From: Azolla caroliniana
Taxonomy: Eukaryota; Plantae; Polypodiophyta
DNA: 14,339 nucleotides
Direction of reading: 5' to 3'
NCBI GenBank assembly: GCA_043228905.1
Contig: JBHGNT010000877.1
Location: 1 to 14,339 of the forward strand
In this document: positions 8,769-14,339 of the stretch, piece after piece
Layout of the letters: each line of letters opens with the position of its first letter
How positions within the stretch are numbered: the first letter of the stretch is position 1
Position numbers and translations under genes: made by a program
Notes under the pieces: generated by a model
What the model saw: the letters and a program-made list of their open reading frames with translations, nothing else
Databases searched by the model: none
What the model was told of the DNA's origin: nothing

Positions 8769-10636
8769 ACGAGTCTTAAATGAGCATTTATTTTATGTAC
8801 ACGAGTAACTAAAATACAGATCGATTTGAGTTTGCATAAAGCATAGTTGTTTTATATGCTGATAATGGGATTTAACCTGCATGGTCTAATGTTGATTATC
8901 TGATTCTTCTAATATCTTGCCATTCTGGTATGAATGAAATGGTGGAATTTGAAAATTTAGTGTTGAGAATGTGGATGTTGCCATAAATACTGTCAAAGAT
9001 GTCATGACTGAAACCCACAAAGTAAGGATGTTGACAATTGGCATTGTAGGATTTTATCAAATTTAGTCTGCATAAACCTCACATATTTAGAAGGCTTCCC
9101 TTCAAGCATATTGATACCATGTCAATAAAATGCGAGGAATTTGCTACAAGATTTGTAAGTATTTGTACCTTAATTTGGTTTTGGTTCTGTGCTTTCATGT
9201 GTCTGTTAAATGATATCCGGCATAAGCTAGAGAATGGATAGTCAATCTTTAGTATGCATGTGGTTAAGGCATGAACAGCCTCCAAAAGAGTAGGTAGGTT
9301 AGACAATAGGTGGCAGGGAATGGGGGTGGAAATGGAGGCTTGTCTCTTTAATACAAAACTTCAACTGATCCTTTGATTTTGGGGATGGAATGATTAGTCT
9401 GAAATCACTCATTATTTTTTCAGATTGCATCACTAGGCAATCAGCTTTTTGGTTCTCAAACCATAGTGAGATGGCTCAATACAAGGGAGTGGTTTCTTGA
9501 TAATTGTGTGAAGATTAACTTTGGTTTTTTTGTTTATCTTTATATTTTAACCAACGATGTATGAGAAAACAAAAACCACTATGAATATTTGTAATGTCAT
9601 GTTATGATGCATATTTTGTGCTTTAACCTAAGTATGTGTTTACACTTATCCATTGAATCTTGTTTTAAGTCACGTTTAAAAGCCATGAATCTTAGAGCAT
9701 GATCATATTTTCTCCACAAAATCAATCTTTGTTGTATTATGTTGAACTATCATTGCATCCTCTTGGTAAAGTTGAAAGAATGGTGGGTGAGAATCACACA
9801 CTTTTTTGGAAAGCTATGGGTTCTTATTGATGGGAAAAGTTGAAAGAATAATGGACAACATTTAGTCTCTTTTGTGGAACGTAAATCTTCAACTAGTATG
9901 GTGAAGATTTTGAAATATGAATTGTCAAATATATTATTTGTTATTAGACTTTATAGTTGTTGCCCTTTAATTCTCAGTGTTAAAGAATTGTATTCTTCAT
10001 TCGAGGCAAGAGGAGACTAGTCCGCGAAGATTAATGATGCACAATCCAGGTTTTGAGTATAAATAATACATGTGCGGAATTGTTTGTTAGACTAGAAAGT
10101 GTAAAATGCTTCAAGGTTAAGGCAAGCATGGCATATGCATATTGAATATACATGTGCACATATGTCTACTCCTAAAATAATACTCATTTTGTCTACCTTG
10201 AAAATCAAGGCCTATCTCGCAAACACCCATTGCAACAACAATAGATAAGTTCATCGTTCAACCCACATGTGCCATTGAGAACCTCAAGGAAGACTACATG
10301 TTAATAGAATAAAAGTAATGCTACATGAATCTTAGTTGCAAGATTACTATAAAAATTTATATGTTGAAATTATGTCTTGTAATAAAAGTACGAGTTTAAG
10401 GAAACATGTCTAATATGCTTTTTTGCTATTCCATTACAATGAATGATTTAAATGTCTACACATGTTGAATCCAAATTCATGGAGTGGCTTTTGAAAAAAT
10501 GGGAAGGCAAATCCCTCTTGTCATCATTTGCTTAATGGTAGAAAACAATTGCTATGATTTTCTTGTGGAAAGAATTCCAAATTTAAGTTTGAGTTAAAGT
10601 AGAACTAGTTACATGTTATTTAGCTTCTATATAGTT

Positions 10637-10641
<5 letters not shown>

Positions 10642-10696
<55 letters not shown>
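10642..10696. repeat. (AC)27 microsatellite
   Basis: Read directly from the sequence. Confidence 0.97.
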
Positions 10697-10699
<3 letters not shown>

Positions 10700-10719
10700 G
10701 TACGTACATAATAAATACC

Positions 10720-10780
10720 ATAAGTATGGTATTTTGGGTATATACATTCATTATGTATATACCCAAAATACCATACTTAT
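10720..10780. repeat. Perfect 28-bp inverted repeat with 5-nt loop
   Basis: ataagtatggtattttgggtatatacat (10720..10747) - tcatt - atgtatatacccaaaataccatacttat (10753..10780). Confidence 0.97.
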
Positions 10781-11819
10781 AAGGGCGGATAATGGGCTTT
10801 AGTAAAGTAAGGGAAACCCATAATTTATGATCGTTTTAAAATATGTAAACTACTTCATAATGCCATACATTCACTTATTTAAGCGTGTAATAACATCATT
10901 TCCCCCCGTGAGCTATGTTAACAAATGCATGAAAATACTTGGTCAAAGTCACAGAAAAGAAACAATACATATTGATTGGTTTTTATTTGTTATTTTTTTT
11001 TCCAAAAAAATATTGATTGATTTTTCATTCTTCTTTTGTAGTAATGGGATATTAAACATATTCATTGAACTATTATACGACTTCCTTTTAAGTTAAAGTG
11101 AAGAAATATACTGGAAAAGGAAAGGGCAAAAACGAAACGGCACAACCCACATTTTGGGGAAAGAGATAAACCATTCCATGACTTTTTTGTCTTGATAGAA
11201 ATATTTAAATCATTTTGGTAATCGTTTGCGGACATGTTCAATTGACATTTCAACAATACTAATAGCTTGCATTATCTGAAGTCCTCAAGCATGTTTGATT
11301 CATCAAGTAAGTAGCTCAATAACTCTGCACATCAAATCTTGCCATTTGCAATAGTGAAAAATGAAAACCTTGCAAGCTGATGGTTAAAAAAAACTATTAT
11401 TGTTTGCAACATTGTCTTGCATCTCAAACCATGACTTGCTACTTAAAAAACGGGACATCTTTGTATATCTCTAGAGAAACCGATCCTTGGGATTTCGCCC
11501 AACAGAAGAACTCAAAGAGCAAGGATGTTAAGTTTGGTGTGCATGCGGGAGTACTCACAGTAATGAACTTTTTGACCTTATGATAGCCTACGTTTTCTCA
11601 TGTATGGCCATATTTTACAAATGATCAACCCTGACTTTGGAGGGTAATATTTTTCAAAGATATTTTTTTGAGGAAGATAAATATCTCTTAAAAGGTTGTC
11701 TATTGTTAAGCATTTCCTCCTTTTAAAGGTAATATTCTTTTCAAACATGTTAGGTCATATTCTATTTGGAGCTTTTTCTCTTAAAGGTTATAAAATATTA
11801 AAGAAGTCCAACAAGGAAT

Positions 11820-11986
11820 CGCAATAGACATATCAAAAAGCAAATGAAGGCCCTACAAGACAAGTTTCAAACATCTTGACCTTGTGGAAATCTTGAAGTA
11901 TCTTATCACATATGCCCTAGTAACAAAGTGTTAATAGTTATATTGATGGGAGAACACTTTATTGAACTTATCCATAGGACATACAT

Positions 11987-12066
<80 letters not shown>

Positions 12067-12860
12067 GGCTTGACTCAACTCATTTATATTTGGCTCACTT
12101 TTTGGAGCGTAATTACTTATGTATAGGAAAGTTGCACCACACAACCGCCAAACTCTTTAGAATTTCAACCTTATCCATTTTCCATTGGTGGATCTAACAT
12201 TTTGAGGATTCGTATCCATGCAAATGATTTATATTCTCATTCTTTATCTAGTTATTCAAGTGATTTGGGTGGGTTAGTAGTAAGCAATCACTCACATCTA
12301 AGTCAATACTTTAGTTTTTTTATTGGTGAAGTGCTTGCTCACAATACATCACTAGCATATTATAACCCTTCTAAGTTCTTACCTCATGCATAAATGTTAA
12401 AGCTCTCAATATTTAGCATCATAGATGATACAGAAGGGAAGTTGGGAAACAAAATTGTTGATATGTCTTCGAAAAGACAACAATCACACAAGATATGATA
12501 CGGAAATTATGTGGAGGGGACCACATGGTTATTGGGATACAAATAAGTTTGATGGAAGTTTTATAATTTGATTTTGAGATTTATCTTCGAATTCTTTTGA
12601 GCAATTCTCTTAGATGAATAATGTTCGGAATTCCTTTTTTCCTTCTAGAGGGCACCAACTTTTCTATGAGATTCCAATGAACGACTTGCATGAAAAAATA
12701 AAATAAGAATGAATGTAGTGGTGCAATTGAAGCTCATGTTATAAGAACTTGATATGGTAAAAGACGAACACAATGCGGCATCATTCGAACGTTTTGACAC
12801 ATAATATGCTTGGTAGATCATTCCCCATGAAGGAATCACTGGCAACAGATACATGTGTGT
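11820..12860 (+). mobile_element. Heavily decayed Ty1/copia pol (RT C-terminus and RNase H) relic, interrupted by an SSR
   Basis: Motif remnants in the expected order: KQMKALQDKFQT/DLVEILKYL (cf. F.MKDLG.LKYFLG), RL...LYLAH...IGKL...HW (cf. LIYLTHTRPDI.YAVGKL...HW), LSSYSSDLGG...YFSFFIGE (cf. GYSDSDWAG...SGY.FFIG), QYLA (cf. EAEYIA), TMRHH (cf. HIDIRHH), PMKESLA (cf. PTEEQLAD). Boundaries approximate. Confidence 0.5.
11989..12062. repeat. Compound microsatellite (TC)19(AC)18
   Basis: Read directly from the sequence. Confidence 0.97.
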
Positions 12861-13913
12861 ACATGCACAAAGTTTTCAGTACTACCTCATATTACATGTG
12901 GGAGATGTTGCAAGTATATATAATGTTTGTTAATGGACCATATCCCCGAAAGAGCCCAAATGAGAAATGGACAACAAATGTTTTGACGCCCCTTGGTAGG
13001 ATGCCAAAGTGCTAAAGGAACATCCAAAACCGAAAAATAGAAATTGTAATTGTAGACAATAGGCAACATAATGGAAGAAGTATATTGTATACAAGTGGAT
13101 ACACAATTTTGCGTTGTTGTAGCAAGTGTCAAACTCAATTATATTGTAAATATTGGAAGAATTCGCCTTCTGTGAGTGGTATACACAATTTCTCGTTTTT
13201 GTAGCAATAGATCCAAGGGTAGTACCCCAAGTAAACATCATGAGAGGAAAAAGTCGTTCCTAGAGGAGGGCCCAAAATTTCCACATTGTCTAGCTTGTTG
13301 TTTCCATTGAACCAAAGACTTTTTTAAAGTACCATGTCTCATTCCATGATGTAACCTAACCAAAAATGGAGCTGGCTAAGAGGCAAACAATTAGGCTCCA
13401 TTCAAGTGCCAGATGTCTACTTTCAATGAGTTTGAAAATATTAGATTGTCATCAATGCTTGGGTGGCCAAGTGGGAATTGAACATGTGAAGACCCCACAT
13501 AGTCCACAATTGTGAAGAAATTGTAAAACAACCCCCCCTCTCTATGTCTCTCACACACACAAAAGATGAGATGGTCCTTATCCATTCCATTAGCATAGTA
13601 TTATGTATGATATGGAAACCATAGTGTTATGGTATGGTTGGGACAAAAGGTTGAAAAGGGTCAAGGGCCATGCCATGGCTATAGTGTAGTGGTATCACCC
13701 CTTATTTAATGATTATTTTAGTTAATATAGTTGTTATCACCATATAAGAGAGGTGCCTTTCAATGCCCTTTGTTGTCACTTTTCTTCTCCTCTAACAAGA
13801 AACAGGGTACCCTGCCTCTTCATCAATAATTCATTCATAAAAAATTTAATCAATCAATCAGTCATTCATCAATCAATTAGGCAATCAAAGAATCTGAACT
13901 TTGAAGAGCCCAG

Positions 13914-14156
13914 ATGGAAATATCAACCAGTTTAATGGATTTGCAACCTGAGTACCTCTCTTTGGAGGTTCATGAGTGTTTAATAGATGGGTTCAGAGAA
14001 TGTAAGCCTAGATCCAAAATTGAACGACATTCTTCGTCTTCCGATTGTTCCGTCTTGGAAATCGATGAAGGGGTATTATTCGAATGTAGGATTTGCCAAG
14101 AAGAGGAAGAGATCTCAAACTTGGAGGCTCCATGTGCATGCTCTGGCACTCTCAAG
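13914..14156 (+). CDS. First coding exon of a RING-CH (RINGv/MARCH-type) E3 ubiquitin ligase; the gene continues beyond the window
   Basis: Encodes ...ECRICQEEEEISNLEAPCACSGTLK, the N-terminal half of a C4HC3 RING-CH motif. It ends at a strong AAG|gtgag donor (phase 0), where plant RING-CH genes commonly have an intron before (Y/F)AHRxC. Confidence 0.9.
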
Positions 14157-14200
14157 GTGAGCTAATCATCAGTCTCTTGAAGCTCCTCCTCCTTACATCA

Positions 14201-14295
<95 letters not shown>

Positions 14296-14300
14296 TAGAT
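14201..14300. repeat. Compound microsatellite (AT)10(AC)2(AG)33(ATAG)2 in the intron following the RING-CH exon
   Basis: Read directly from the sequence. Confidence 0.97.
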
Positions 14301-14339
14301 ATACATATCATAATTATATGGACCTATGGTGATAATGGT

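Noticed and set aside
8430-11583. Short ORFs of 64-98 aa between the two genes
   Set aside because: No recognisable domains or consistent splice structure. Lengths are compatible with chance.
13330-13520. Minus-strand LINE RT-like words (GHPSIDDNLIF, HGMRHG)
   Set aside because: Motif spacing is inconsistent with RT and the similarity is too weak to call by eye.
14093-14332. ORF with RERERE tract (also the SLSL/THTH part of 11928..12197)
   Set aside because: Translations of dinucleotide microsatellites.

Overview
Plant nuclear genomic DNA: AT-rich, spliceosomal GT-AG introns, CpG-depleted, with decayed retroelements and long microsatellites. A fern-like or other non-model land plant is a guess only. 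The window holds one complete 4-exon + strand gene for an F-box/SnoaL(NTF2-like) protein of the SKIP8 family, join(3111..3278,4055..4210,7787..7983,8182..8437), 258 aa, with an N-terminal hydrophobic anchor. At the right edge is the first coding exon of a RING-CH (MARCH-type) E3 ligase gene (13914..14156). Around and inside these genes are decayed LINE and Ty1/copia relics, a CpG-rich promoter with a 92-bp duplication, a 3x64-bp tandem repeat, a perfect 28-bp inverted repeat and several SSRs. The most unusual structure is SKIP8 intron 1. It is built from degenerate copies of a unit (cag-tctagag-cttcagaaacag-gtat) that contains both the exon-1 donor and the exon-2 acceptor, leaving several AG|12 nt|GT in-frame microexon-like cassettes. 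All calls were made by eye, without database searches.
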